A stretch of DNA of 64,000 nt from Candidatus Eiseniibacteriota bacterium (GTDB lineage: Bacteria; Eisenbacteria; RBG-16-71-46; CAZAMP01). Every line of letters begins with the position of its first letter. The stretch's first letter is position 1. Positions 8,704 to 18,704 of the stretch are shown one piece after another. The notes under the pieces are model-generated. The model was not told the origin of the DNA, searched no databases, and saw only the letters and a program-made list of their open reading frames with translations. A program made the position numbers and the translations under genes. The stretch covers positions 3,200,001 through 3,264,000 of the forward strand of contig OZ245046.1 of assembly GCA_965224245.1 (NCBI GenBank). The letters run 5' to 3'.

Positions 8704-10917
8704 CTAGGCGAGCCCTCCTCGCCGGCGAAGCCACCACTCCAGTGCGAGCGCGACCAGGAACACCGCCAGCGGAATCGGGTGGTTCCACAGCGCGATCTCG
8801 CGGACCGACGCCGCTCGCAGCGGAGGGGTGATCCGGCGTGCGAGCTCGGACACGTCGGCCGCATCCACCGCGACGCCACCCGACGCACGGGCCGCACTCG
8901 CGAGCAATGACGGGTCCGGCGACAGCTCCCACCACTCCGGACCGTTCGCGTCGACGCGGATCTCGCCTTCCTGCCGGAGAGCCCCGTCGTTCTCGGTCAT
9001 CTCGACCCGGTACGCGTAGCGACCCGGAGGCAGCTCGCCGGCGCTCACGCGTATCGCGCCGCCGTCCAGTCGCTCGACGGCGAGGCGAGTCTCGGTGTCG
9101 CCCGACGTGAGCGTGGCCGTGATGGACCCGTCCGACAGCGGAGACAGATCGGGAGCGAGGGCCCTTCCGGAGAACGTGACGGCATCGCCGGGGCGGAACA
9201 CGTCGCGGTCGGCGCGAACATAGAAGCGTGCCGTCGGCTCGGGATCGGCCAGCCAGCGCATGACACCGACCCAGAAGCGATCGAAGAATGCGTCGTCGGC
9301 CCCGACCCCCTCGCGCACGAACTTCCACTTCCACGGGGTGCGGGCCGCGAACACGACGACGCGACCCGACCCCGCCCGACCGACGGTGAGGATCGGGAAT
9401 CTCGTCGAGGGACCGCGTAGCGCCACGAGCACCTCGCCGCCGGGCTTCTCGGCCCCGGCGCCGATCGCGGGACGCACCGGTGGAAGATCGGCCCACAGAT
9501 CTCGGTTGCCGTAGACGTCGCCGTGGATCGCGACCAGGGGATGCGCGTCGCCGAGCGGCGTCACCTCCGGCGAGAGTGGCGGCGTGCCGGCGCTGCCCTC
9601 GCCGCGAAGCGGAGGCCCCACGGGAGCCACCGGAAGCACCGTGGACAGCGGCGTTCCCGCCAGCCGTGACAGTCCCCCGGCGCGGTTGCCCCCGAGCACC
9701 AGCAGCCCGCCGCCGGCCTCGACGTAGTCGACCAGACGCCGCCAGTCCGCGTCGGACAGGAAGCCCGGCGAGAGATCGCCGAGGATGACGGCCTTGTACT
9801 CGGCCAGATCGGACGCCGTTCGCGGGAACACGTGCGGCCCGTCGGGCGACAGCGGCCTCGGCGCCGCGTCGGTGGGCTTGACGAGGTATCGATAGGCGAG
9901 CGTGGTGTCGCGCTCGAGCGTATGACGCAGGAACATGAAGTCCCAGCTCAGGAACTCGTCGAGGACCAGCACCTGAAGCCGGTCCTTTCGAACGTCCACG
10001 GCGACGTGCATGGAGTCGTTCACCGAGAACGCGTCGCCGCCGGCGCCCTCGGCGACCACCCGGTAGAAGCGAACGCCGGCCCGCTCGGGGGTGACCCGGA
10101 ACGCGGCCTCGCTGGCGCCACCGGATCCGGCGATCCGTACCGTGTCGGAGGCGATCGGCTCGCCGGCCTCGTCCACGAGCTGCACGATGCGCTCGACGGC
10201 GTCCGCGCCGGTGGTGCGCACGCGCGCACGGATGGTCAGGGGCTGCCCGACGAACGCCGCCGGCGGCGCCTCGGCTCCGACGACGCGGACGTCCGCCGCC
10301 GTGACGCTGTCGCCGAGGGCCACGGTAAACACGGGCACTCCACCGTCGCGAGCGACGGTCACGAGGTCACGCCCGCGCGTGGCCACACCGTCCGAGATCA
10401 GGACCGCCGCCGCCAGCGGCCCCTGACGTGCGGCACGCATCAGGCCCTCGAGCGCATCGCCCGGAGCCGAGGCCGTGGACGGACCGACCTCGATGGGCAC
10501 TCCCGCGGTCACCGGCGCGTGCAGGGCATGATCGAACGGCCGGATGGTGACGGCGTAGCGATCGTCGAGTGCGGACGCGAGCTCGGTGGCGACTCGCGTG
10601 GCGGCCTCGGCGCGGGTGACGCCGCCCTCGTCGGCCAGCGACATGCTCGATGAGGCATCGACCAGGATGGCCACCTCGGGCCGCTCGTTCGAGGTCTCGT
10701 CGACCAGGGCCGACGGGCGGGACAGCAGCACGAGCACGACCAGGAGCGCGATGCCGCGGAGACCCCAGAGCGCGACCCGGCGGGGCCGCGTGAGGGGGGC
10801 CGCCGTCGTGCCGTACGCCCAGGCGGCCAGCGCCAGCGCGATCGCCACGAGCGAGAGGAAGACGATCCATCCGCCCCAGGGCTCGAATGCGATTCGTTGC
10901 AGATCCAGGTCAGACAT
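8704..10917 (-). CDS. Membrane protein with vWA domain and glutamine-amidotransferase-like domain
   Basis: N-terminal TMs, ILVDASSSM (MIDAS DxSxS), LISDG, GGGLLVLGG, GSGRVV..WKW, C-terminal TM LALEWWLRRRGGLA. Confidence 0.8.
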   Translation of the reverse strand: MSDLDLQRIAFEPWGGWIVFLSLVAIALALAAWAYGTTAAPLTRPRRVALWGLRGIALLVVLVLLSRPSALVDETSNERPEVAILVDASSSMSLADEGGVTRAEAATRVATELASALDDRYAVTIRPFDHALHAPVTAGVPIEVGPSTASAPGDALEGLMRAARQGPLAAAVLISDGVATRGRDLVTVARDGGVPVFTVALGDSVTAADVRVVGAEAPPAAFVGQPLTIRARVRTTGADAVERIVQLVDEAGEPIASDTVRIAGSGGASEAAFRVTPERAGVRFYRVVAEGAGGDAFSVNDSMHVAVDVRKDRLQVLVLDEFLSWDFMFLRHTLERDTTLAYRYLVKPTDAAPRPLSPDGPHVFPRTASDLAEYKAVILGDLSPGFLSDADWRRLVDYVEAGGGLLVLGGNRAGGLSRLAGTPLSTVLPVAPVGPPLRGEGSAGTPPLSPEVTPLGDAHPLVAIHGDVYGNRDLWADLPPVRPAIGAGAEKPGGEVLVALRGPSTRFPILTVGRAGSGRVVVFAARTPWKWKFVREGVGADDAFFDRFWVGVMRWLADPEPTARFYVRADRDVFRPGDAVTFSGRALAPDLSPLSDGSITATLTSGDTETRLAVERLDGGAIRVSAGELPPGRYAYRVEMTENDGALRQEGEIRVDANGPEWWELSPDPSLLASAARASGGVAVDAADVSELARRITPPLRAASVREIALWNHPIPLAVFLVALALEWWLRRRGGLA

Positions 10918-11104
10918 GGGCGTCCAGGTTCATGTGCCCCGACGGCGAGTCGGGGGACGGCAACGGCGGGAGAGCGTGCACGGCACCGCGTGCGAGGCGA
11001 TGCGTGGTGTACTGCGCGTCGCGCCGACGGTCAAGCATCAAATCCCCAACGGAATGGTGTACCGTCGTAACACCTTTTCGTTCCGTGAAGTGGAGACTTC
11101 GACG

Positions 11105-12334
11105 ATGACGCTCCCCCTGTATCGAGACGATCAGACGCTGATCCGCTTCCGCGCGCGCGTGATCGGGCGCGACACGCGCGAGGGCCACCCCTGGGTCGCG
11201 CTCGACCGGTCCGCATTCTACGCCACCGCGGGCGGACAGCCACACGATACCGGCGTTCTGGACGGCCGATCGGTTCTCGACGTGCGGCGCGACGCCGACG
11301 GGCTCGTGTGGCACCGCGTCTCGGGGCCGATCGACCGGGAGAGCGTGGCCGGCGAGATCGACTGGCCGCGGCGACGCGATCACATGCAGCAGCACACCGC
11401 TCAGCATCTCCTGAGCCGGCTCATGCTCGATCACCACGCCGCCCCGACGGTCGGCGTCGCGATCGGCCCCGAGGTCAGCACCGTGGACTTCCCCGGCACG
11501 GACTGGCCGCCGTCCACCTGGGCCGATCTGGAGGAGCTCGCGGCGACCGAGATCGCCCGGGCGCGTCCGGTCCGCGTCGAGACGGTGTCTCGCGCGGACG
11601 CCGAGCGCATGGACCTCCGGAAGCTGCCCCCCGACGTGGATCCCGTCCGGATCGTGTCGATCGAGGGGCTCGACCGGACGTCGTGCGGCGGCACGCACGT
11701 CGCGAGCACGGCGGAGCTGTCGCCGATCGTCATCACCGGGACCGAGAACATGGGCAAGCGCACGCGGCTTACGTTCCTGGCCGGCGCGCGGGCTCGCGGC
11801 GACCACCGGACGGTCCGTCGCACGCTCGAACGCATGGCCCTGTCGATCTCGGCTCGCCTGGAGGACGTCGAGCCCGCCTGGACGAAGCTCCAGGAGGACG
11901 TCCGCGCCGGGGCCCGGCGGCTCGAGGCCGCAAACACCGCGCTGGCCAGGGAGCGACTGGCCGCGTGGGCCGACCGCGAGGCCGCGTCCGCCGGCGGTGT
12001 CCGCGTGATCACGAGACGCCTCGACCCCGAGGTCGCCGCGCCGTACGTGTCGTCGCCCGCCGCCGTCGTCGCCGCACTCGCCGACGCGATCGCCGGCGAG
12101 CGCGCGCTGATCCTCCTCGCCGGCTGGGCCGCGGGCGACAAGGCGAACCTGTTCTTCGTGCGGAGCCCCGACGTCGAGCGGGATCTCCGCCCCGCGCTCG
12201 CCGCCGCGCTCCCTCACGTCGACGGACGGGGCGGCGGGGGTCCGGGTCGCGTGCAGGGCGGGGGCACGCGGCCGGACGGGATCGACGTCGCGCTCGCCAC
12301 CGCGAGCCGGACGCTCGTAGAGGCCGCACCCTAG
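11105..12334 (+). CDS. AlaX-type alanyl-tRNA editing protein with DHHA1 domain
   Basis: LDRSAFYATAGGQPHDTG, RRDHMQQHTAQHLLS (HxxxH), CGGTHV (CxxxH), GRGGGGPGRVQGG. Confidence 0.9.
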   Translation: MTLPLYRDDQTLIRFRARVIGRDTREGHPWVALDRSAFYATAGGQPHDTGVLDGRSVLDVRRDADGLVWHRVSGPIDRESVAGEIDWPRRRDHMQQHTAQHLLSRLMLDHHAAPTVGVAIGPEVSTVDFPGTDWPPSTWADLEELAATEIARARPVRVETVSRADAERMDLRKLPPDVDPVRIVSIEGLDRTSCGGTHVASTAELSPIVITGTENMGKRTRLTFLAGARARGDHRTVRRTLERMALSISARLEDVEPAWTKLQEDVRAGARRLEAANTALARERLAAWADREAASAGGVRVITRRLDPEVAAPYVSSPAAVVAALADAIAGERALILLAGWAAGDKANLFFVRSPDVERDLRPALAAALPHVDGRGGGGPGRVQGGGTRPDGIDVALATASRTLVEAAP

Positions 12335-12340
12335 AGACGA

Positions 12341-12420
12341 TCCCCGCGAGCGCACGCCGCGCCGCGGGAGCGCGGGCCGCGTCGCGGGAGCGCACGCCAC
12401 GCCGCGGGAGCGCGCCGCCT
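12341..12420. repeat. Four imperfect 20-bp tandem repeats
   Basis: tccccgcgagcgcacgccgc / gccgcgggagcgcgggccgc / gtcgcgggagcgcacgccac / gccgcgggagcgcgccgcct between the convergent alaX and nth stops. Confidence 0.75.
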
Positions 12421-12440
12421 CGGTCTCGGCGTGCGACGCG

Positions 12441-13181
12441 TCAGGCCGCCCCGGCGGGGCTGGCCGATGGACAGTCGGGGGCGAGGACACAATCCGCGCA
12501 GCGCGGCCGGCGGGCGATGCACGTCTTGCGACCGTGGAGGATGAGCCGATGCGAGAAGTCGATCCACTCGCTCCGGGGCAAGAGGGCCATCAGGTCGCGC
12601 TCGACCTTCACCGGATCGGTCTCGGTGGTCAACCCGAGCAGGCGTGAGATCCGGCCGACGTGCGTGTCCACGACCACGCCGGCAGCGGTGCCGTAGGCAA
12701 CCCCGAGAACCACGTTCGCCGTCTTTCGGGCCACACCGGGAAGCGTCAGGAGCTCGTCCATCGTGCGAGGGACCTCTCCGTCGAACGCCTCGACCAGGCG
12801 CGCCGCCGCGCCCCGGATGTTCCTCGCCTTGTTTCGGAAGAATCCGGTGGATCGAATCAGCTCCTCGACCTCGGTCGGATCGGACGCGGCGAGCGACTCG
12901 GCGTCCGGGAAGCGCGCGAAGAGCGCGGGCGTGACCATGTTCACGCGCTCGTCGGTGCACTGCGCGGACAGGATCGTGGCCACGAGGAGCTGAAGCGGCG
13001 TCCGGTGATCGAGCGCGCAGCGGGGTGCCGGGAACTCGTCGGTGAGCGTCCGGACCACGCGCCGCGCGCGGGTCCCGGGCGACACCTTGCGCCCGCCCGC
13101 CTTGCGCGACGTCTTCCGGCTGCCCGTCCTCGGCGAGGTCTTTCGGCCCTTCGGCCGGCGATCAGCCGGCCGCGAAGACAC
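12441..13181 (-). CDS. nth: Endonuclease III
   Basis: LLVATILSAQCTDERVN, HhH LPGVARKTANVV, VDTHV, Fe-S motif C-x6-C-x2-C-x5-C; start uncertain (GTG 13181). Confidence 0.95.
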   Translation of the reverse strand: MSSRPADRRPKGRKTSPRTGSRKTSRKAGGRKVSPGTRARRVVRTLTDEFPAPRCALDHRTPLQLLVATILSAQCTDERVNMVTPALFARFPDAESLAASDPTEVEELIRSTGFFRNKARNIRGAAARLVEAFDGEVPRTMDELLTLPGVARKTANVVLGVAYGTAAGVVVDTHVGRISRLLGLTTETDPVKVERDLMALLPRSEWIDFSHRLILHGRKTCIARRPRCADCVLAPDCPSASPAGAA

Positions 13182-13962
13182 CGTCGAGCCAGGACATGAT
13201 GGCGGCACGCACCCGGAAGCTGGACAGGAGCGACGACCCGTGATCGGCACCGTCCACCTCCAGCACCTCGCACTCGCCGGCCGCCTTCGAGCGAATGACG
13301 GCGACCGACTCGGCGGAGCCGCGATCACCTTTGGCCGTGATGACCAGGGATGACCGATTGCCGAACGCGTGAATGGCGTCGGCCGCCTCGTAGCCGCGAT
13401 CCTCCAGCGTCGGTGACAGCAGTCCCAGCCCGACGAGAAGGTGATCGTCGGTGGCATAGGCGGCCGCGACGTTGGCACCGAGCCCGGCACCGATCACGGC
13501 CACCCGAACGCCGTCGATGTCCTCCCGTTCACGCAGGAAACGGATGGCCGCCCGGACGTCGTTGGGGAAGGCCGAGACGTCCTCGTCCGAGAGCGACTCG
13601 AGGTCGCCGGCGGAGAGGCTCTCGCCGTGCCCGCGCAGGTCGATCGCGATGGCCGCTATTCCCCGCGCGTTCAGCTCGGCCGCGAACTCCGACCACACGG
13701 TGCGGTCGTGTCCCCAGTCGTGAACCAGCACCACGGCCGGCGGCATCTGGGTGTCGGTCGCATGAAAGGTGCCGTGGATCGTCAGACCGTCCTCCGTCGT
13801 GAGGCCGACGCCTGGAACGTCGGCGACGGCGGCCGGCGTCGTGACCGAGGCGACGAGCGAGGCGGCCACGACGGCGCTCGAGAGCATCGCCGCGGGCAGC
13901 ACGCGCCGCGCGCGATGCGCAAGCCGGCACGGAGGTCGCCGTGCGGATCGAAGTCGGATCAT
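13162..13962 (-). CDS. Secreted alpha/beta-hydrolase-fold protein lacking the nucleophile Ser
   Basis: AVVLVHDWG, AIDLRGHGES, DVRAAIRFL, VIGAGLGAN, C-terminal DHG; start ATG 13962 or 13887. Confidence 0.8.
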   Translation of the reverse strand: MIRLRSARRPPCRLAHRARRVLPAAMLSSAVVAASLVASVTTPAAVADVPGVGLTTEDGLTIHGTFHATDTQMPPAVVLVHDWGHDRTVWSEFAAELNARGIAAIAIDLRGHGESLSAGDLESLSDEDVSAFPNDVRAAIRFLREREDIDGVRVAVIGAGLGANVAAAYATDDHLLVGLGLLSPTLEDRGYEAADAIHAFGNRSSLVITAKGDRGSAESVAVIRSKAAGECEVLEVDGADHGSSLLSSFRVRAAIMSWLDGVFAAG

Positions 13963-14019
13963 CGTGACGCGCCACTCCTTCAGATCGTGTTCGAGGTCCT
14001 GCCCGGTTTCGGGACGGAA

Positions 14020-14049
14020 ACTATATTCCAGCACCCGTCTGGCGGTCAA
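14020..14049 (-). promoter_or_regulatory. sigma70-type promoter for hydrolase-nth
   Basis: TTGACC-N18-TATAGT on the minus strand. Confidence 0.6.
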
Positions 14050-14068
14050 ACCCCCCGCGCGGCGTCGG

Positions 14069-14097
14069 TTGCAGGAAGCGGTGGTGAAGCGTAGACT
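14069..14097 (+). promoter_or_regulatory. sigma70-type promoter for TPR-wHTH gene
   Basis: TTGCAG-N17-TAGACT. Confidence 0.45.
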
Positions 14098-14154
14098 CCC
14101 CAGCGCACGGTCGCCTCACCTCTCCGCGCTCGGCTCACTGGAGCGACACGACCC

Positions 14155-15693
14155 GTGGACGATTTCCTCCGCGCATTCGATCACAATCTCGCGCGCCGCA
14201 ACCTCCGGTTCCGGCTGCTCACGCTCGAACGAGAACGATCTCGCCCCGTCGAAGCGCTGCCCCACACGTTCGAGACCGAGCCGCTGCTCGAGTACGCGCA
14301 CCGGGTGCTCGCGGATCCGGACGTTCGCCGATCCGAGCACCGCGCGACGCTGATCGAGCTGACCGGAATCGCCGATGCCGTGTGCGGCCACGACGAGCGC
14401 GGGCACGAGCTGCTCGACGGGGCCCGCCGGCGGGCCGAGGAGCCGACCGAGCGAGCGCGGTTCGAGTATCTGGTCGGACATCACGTGCACTTTCGCCGCG
14501 GCGACTATGCGCTCGCGCGCCGGCACATGCTGGAGGCCGTCGACCGCACCGAGACGCATCGGGACCTCAAGTCACGGGCGCTCCTCGTCCTCGGTCGCGT
14601 CGCGCGACAGACCGACGACTACGACAGCGCCGAGCGGGCGTACCGGCAGGTCCTGACCGTCGGCGTCCTGGCGTTCCGGCCGCTGGCGATGCACTACCTG
14701 AGCATTCTCCACATGCATCGCGGCGAGCACGAGGAGGCGATCGCGCTGAACCGTCGCGCGCGCGCGGCGATGCTCGAAGACGGTCAGCGGCTGGGCACTC
14801 AACTCGCCGACACCGACCTGGCGGTCTTCTACATGCAGACCGGTCGTCTCGACGACGCGCTCGAGGTACTCGAGGAGGTCATCGCGAAGCACGTGGAGCT
14901 GCTCGACCTGAACTCGGCCGGTCAGGCCTATCACAACCTGGGTGTCGTCGAGGAGCGCCGGAAGGACTGGGATCGCGCGCGCGACGCTTACCGTCAGGCG
15001 GCACGCTATCTCTCGGCGACCGGACGGCACGGGCAGCTCTCGGTCACGTACCGGAACCTCAACAACGTCTTCCTGCAACAGGGCCAGGATGCGCTCGCGC
15101 TGGCCGCCTGCGAACGATCGATCGCATACGCCCGCCGGATCGACGCGTTCGACGCCGAGATCCGGGCGCGGGCGGCCGCGATGCAGATCATGGCCGACCG
15201 CCGGATCGGCGTCGAGAACGTCGCCGCAGAGGTGGCGCGCTGTCAGGAGATCCTGGAGGCCCACGCGTCCGACCTCACGCGCGAAGGGCTCCGGCGTTAC
15301 GCGCGCGTCGTCGGCGAGCTGGCCCTGATGGGCGTTCCCCTGAGGGCCGGCGTCGCCTCGCCGTCCCCCGACGCACCGCTGGCGCCGGACTCCGCGCGGC
15401 GCGCACTGGAGGCCGCGATGGGCACGCCCGACGAGAACGAGTTCCGCGACCTCCTGCTCTCTCGCATCGGCGCGGGAGTGCCCGGCCCGAGCTCACCACC
15501 ACCCGACGAGATCTGCGACTTCCTGATGCTCTTCGCCGGCGACTACTTCCAGTTCAAGCACTACGCCGAGGAGTTCCAGCTGACGCCCGGGCGCGTCAAG
15601 CACCACTTGCGAGGTCTCGTCGAACGCAACATCATCGAGCTGACCGGCACGCGCAAGGCGGCCAAGTACTCGCTCGCGTTCCACCGCCGCTGA
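14155..15693 (+). CDS. Tetratricopeptide-repeat protein with probable C-terminal winged HTH
   Basis: TPR helices ([24 protein letters not shown]); tail [43 protein letters not shown]. Confidence 0.75.
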   Translation: MDDFLRAFDHNLARRNLRFRLLTLERERSRPVEALPHTFETEPLLEYAHRVLADPDVRRSEHRATLIELTGIADAVCGHDERGHELLDGARRRAEEPTERARFEYLVGHHVHFRRGDYALARRHMLEAVDRTETHRDLKSRALLVLGRVARQTDDYDSAERAYRQVLTVGVLAFRPLAMHYLSILHMHRGEHEEAIALNRRARAAMLEDGQRLGTQLADTDLAVFYMQTGRLDDALEVLEEVIAKHVELLDLNSAGQAYHNLGVVEERRKDWDRARDAYRQAARYLSATGRHGQLSVTYRNLNNVFLQQGQDALALAACERSIAYARRIDAFDAEIRARAAAMQIMADRRIGVENVAAEVARCQEILEAHASDLTREGLRRYARVVGELALMGVPLRAGVASPSPDAPLAPDSARRALEAAMGTPDENEFRDLLLSRIGAGVPGPSSPPPDEICDFLMLFAGDYFQFKHYAEEFQLTPGRVKHHLRGLVERNIIELTGTRKAAKYSLAFHRR

Positions 15694-15752
15694 CCGATCC
15701 GGAAACCGTCACGTCCCCGTGGACACTCCTCCAACCGGAGAGCACGCGACGC

Positions 15753-17834
15753 ATGACACACGAACCCCGCACGCCGGACGAGATCCGCGCCGCCGGCAAC
15801 CGACTGGCCGGAGAGTCCTCGCTGTACCTGCGCCAGCACGCGCACAACCCGATCGACTGGCGCCCCTGGAACGACGAGGCCCTGGCCGCCGCGGCCGAGA
15901 CCGACACGCCGATCTTCCTGTCCATCGGATACTCGTCGTGTCACTGGTGCCACGTGATGGAGCGCGAGGTGTTCGAGCACGACGACGTGGCCGAGCTCCT
16001 GAACCGGCACTTCGTTCCGATCAAGGTCGACCGCGAGGAACGTCCCGACGTGGACGCCACCTACATGTCGGCCGTCCAGGCCATGACGGGCAGCGGGGGC
16101 TGGCCGCTGTCGGTGTTCCTGACGCCGGATCTGCGGCCGTTCTTCGGCGGCACGTACTTCCCGCACCAGCAGTTCGTCCGGGTCCTGCAGCAGATCGTGC
16201 ACACGTACGCGACGCAGCGCGGTGAGCTCGAGGACTACGCCGACCAGCTGACGGCGGCGGTCGGTCGCCGGCCGGAGGCGCGCGCGACGGAGCTGCGAGC
16301 CGGCGTCATCGACGGCGCGGTCGATCGCGCGCGATCCCAGTTCGATCCCGAGCACGGGGGCTTTCAGTCCCCGATGAAGTTCCCGACGCCGCCGCGATGG
16401 CGGTTTCTGCTGCACCAGCACCGGAAGACCGGCGACGCCGACGTGCGCCGCATGCTCGAGACGACCCTCGACGCGATGGCCGGCGGCGGGATCTACGACC
16501 ACGTCGGCGGCGGATTCCACCGCTACACCGTCGACCCGACCTGGACGGTCCCGCACTTCGAGAAGATGCTCTACGACAGCGCGCAGCTCGCCTCGCTCTA
16601 CACCGAGGCCGGGAGGGTGTTCGGCGCGTCGCGCTACGAGTGGATCGCGCGCGACACGCTCGGGTTTCTGCTGCGCGACCTGCGGCTCGACGGTGGCGCG
16701 TTCGCGGCCAGCATCGACGCCGACTCCGGCGGCGAGGAGGGGACGTACTACGTGTGGACGCCCGACGAGATCACCGACGTGGTCGGCGCGGCCGACGCGC
16801 CGGCGCTCTCGGCGCTCCTCGGCGTGACCGACGCCGGCAACTTCGAGGGCGGCCGCTCGGTCCTGACCCGCCGCGCGGATCCCGCGTCGATCGCCCGGCG
16901 CACGGGACGGGACGAGGTCTCGCTCGCGGGACTCTTCGACGCGCACCGTGACGCACTCGCCGACCGGCGCCGCACGCGCGTGGCGCCGGCCCGCGACGAC
17001 AAGGTGGTGACGTCATGGAACGCGCTGGCCATCGCGGCGCTGGCCGGGGCCGCGCGCGCGCTCGACGAGCCGCCGTTCGCCGAGGCGGCCACCGGGGCCG
17101 CCCGCTTCCTGTTCGACACACACCGGCGCCCCGACGGCTCGCTGGCCCGCGCGTCGACCGGCGGGCGCACGTCGGGCGATGCGGTGCTGGACGACTACGC
17201 GTTCCTGGCCGGCGCGCTGATCGAGCTGTTTCAGACCACGTCGGATCCGGCGCACCTCGACTGGGCCATCGAGCTGTGCGAGTGGATTCTCGAGCACCAC
17301 CGGACCGACGGCGGGGGTTTCACGCTGACGCAGGCGACCGCCGCGACGCCGCTGGGGGCGCGCGTCGAATTGTTCGACAGCGTCGAGCCCAGCGGCAACG
17401 CGGCCGCGATCTCGGCGCTCGTTCGCGCCGCCGCGCTGACCGGGCGTCCGGATCTCAGGGACGCCGCCGAGAGCGCGCTCGCCGCGTACTGGCGGATCGT
17501 CGAGAAGGCGCCGCTGGAGATGGGGGCGTGGCTGGATGCGGGTCTGATGTTCCAGGGCCCATTCTACGAGGTCGTCATCGCCGGCGACGCCGACGACCCG
17601 GCCACGGCATCGCTCCGGCGGTCGCTCGCCGGGCTCGACGCGCCGTACGTCGTGAGCATCGCGATCCCGGCCGCGGGCGCGCCCGAGGCCCTGATCACGC
17701 GACTTCCCACCACCGCGGTCAAGGACGCGCCCGGCGCACCGCGCGCGTTCGTCTGCGAGCACGGCACGTGTCTCGCCCCCACCGGGGATCCGGACGAGGT
17801 ACGGCGTCAGGTTCGGCGGGGCTGGACGCTCTGA
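15753..17834 (+). CDS. YyaL/SSP411-family thioredoxin-domain protein (DUF255)
   Basis: [69 protein letters not shown]; start ATG 15753. Confidence 0.93.
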   Translation: MTHEPRTPDEIRAAGNRLAGESSLYLRQHAHNPIDWRPWNDEALAAAAETDTPIFLSIGYSSCHWCHVMEREVFEHDDVAELLNRHFVPIKVDREERPDVDATYMSAVQAMTGSGGWPLSVFLTPDLRPFFGGTYFPHQQFVRVLQQIVHTYATQRGELEDYADQLTAAVGRRPEARATELRAGVIDGAVDRARSQFDPEHGGFQSPMKFPTPPRWRFLLHQHRKTGDADVRRMLETTLDAMAGGGIYDHVGGGFHRYTVDPTWTVPHFEKMLYDSAQLASLYTEAGRVFGASRYEWIARDTLGFLLRDLRLDGGAFAASIDADSGGEEGTYYVWTPDEITDVVGAADAPALSALLGVTDAGNFEGGRSVLTRRADPASIARRTGRDEVSLAGLFDAHRDALADRRRTRVAPARDDKVVTSWNALAIAALAGAARALDEPPFAEAATGAARFLFDTHRRPDGSLARASTGGRTSGDAVLDDYAFLAGALIELFQTTSDPAHLDWAIELCEWILEHHRTDGGGFTLTQATAATPLGARVELFDSVEPSGNAAAISALVRAAALTGRPDLRDAAESALAAYWRIVEKAPLEMGAWLDAGLMFQGPFYEVVIAGDADDPATASLRRSLAGLDAPYVVSIAIPAAGAPEALITRLPTTAVKDAPGAPRAFVCEHGTCLAPTGDPDEVRRQVRRGWTL

Positions 17835-17921
17835 CCGGGTACGGACTCGAGCCGGCCACTTCTCGCGGGGCACCCGGTCGACGGGTGGCGGTCCGGCGCC
17901 CGCTCGCCGAGGGGTGGCCGG

Positions 17922-18704
17922 TCAGAGCTCCGAGTCGAAGAGCATCAGGTCGAGACCGATCTCCAGCCGCTGCGAGGTGACCGAGCAGCTTCCGATCGAC
18001 GGAAACGGATACGCCAGGCGGAGCAGCTCGTCGCGCTCCACGCGCGTCAGGACAAGCCCGTACTCGGCGCGGATGGAGAGGTCGTCGGTCACGTACGACA
18101 CGACGCCGGCGCCGAACCGTCCGGCGAAGCCGGCGGTGCGGCCCGTGCCGATCGGGCGCCACTCGTCGGGGAAGTCGTCGGCCGGACGCCAGCTCACACC
18201 GCCGACGCCCGCGCGCACGAACGGCCCCAGGCGCTCATCGGCCAGCCAGACCGGAAAGACGAGCAGGCTCGCGTCGTAGGTGACGATCCCGAGGTCGTCG
18301 AAGAACGTCGACTCGTCGCCGGGTGCGTCGGCCGGCCCGCGACGGCGCAGCTCGGCGAACGTGTACGCCCAGCTGAGCTCCCAGCTGACGTGCTGCGACA
18401 CGTTGCGGGTCAGCCGCACACCGAGCGTGGTCCCGTCCGTGACGCGGAGCTCGGTCGTCGGGAGCAGGTACTGGTCACGGCTCGACAGGGGCGTCGTCTC
18501 GTCGGACGGAATCAGCGACTCGGTGAAGAGACCGCCCCCGAAGTGCCCGATCTCGGTCTCGCCGACGACGAGGTAGCGCTGAGCCGTCGCCGGCGACGCC
18601 GTCACCCCGACGAGCGCACCCAGAACCCAGAGAGCCGCGCGCGTCGGTACCGGCCGGCCCGACCGCGCGCGCCGCCGGCCGGCGTCTCGCCCGTCAGGGC
18701 ACAA
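17922..18704 (-). CDS. Probable outer-membrane beta-barrel protein
   Basis: Signal peptide (..ASPATAQ), GPFVRAGVGGV, FAGRFGAGV, LSIRAEY strands; start uncertain. Confidence 0.6.
   Translation of the reverse strand: MCPDGRDAGRRRARSGRPVPTRAALWVLGALVGVTASPATAQRYLVVGETEIGHFGGGLFTESLIPSDETTPLSSRDQYLLPTTELRVTDGTTLGVRLTRNVSQHVSWELSWAYTFAELRRRGPADAPGDESTFFDDLGIVTYDASLLVFPVWLADERLGPFVRAGVGGVSWRPADDFPDEWRPIGTGRTAGFAGRFGAGVVSYVTDDLSIRAEYGLVLTRVERDELLRLAYPFPSIGSCSVTSQRLEIGLDLMLFDSEL

Noticed and set aside
12341..12420. CRISPR array
   Set aside because: Units are contiguous without unique spacers and no cas genes are present
14382..17834. Apparent 1150-aa YyaL fusion
   Set aside because: The N-terminal part is an off-frame shadow over the TPR gene; YyaL similarity begins at ATG 15753
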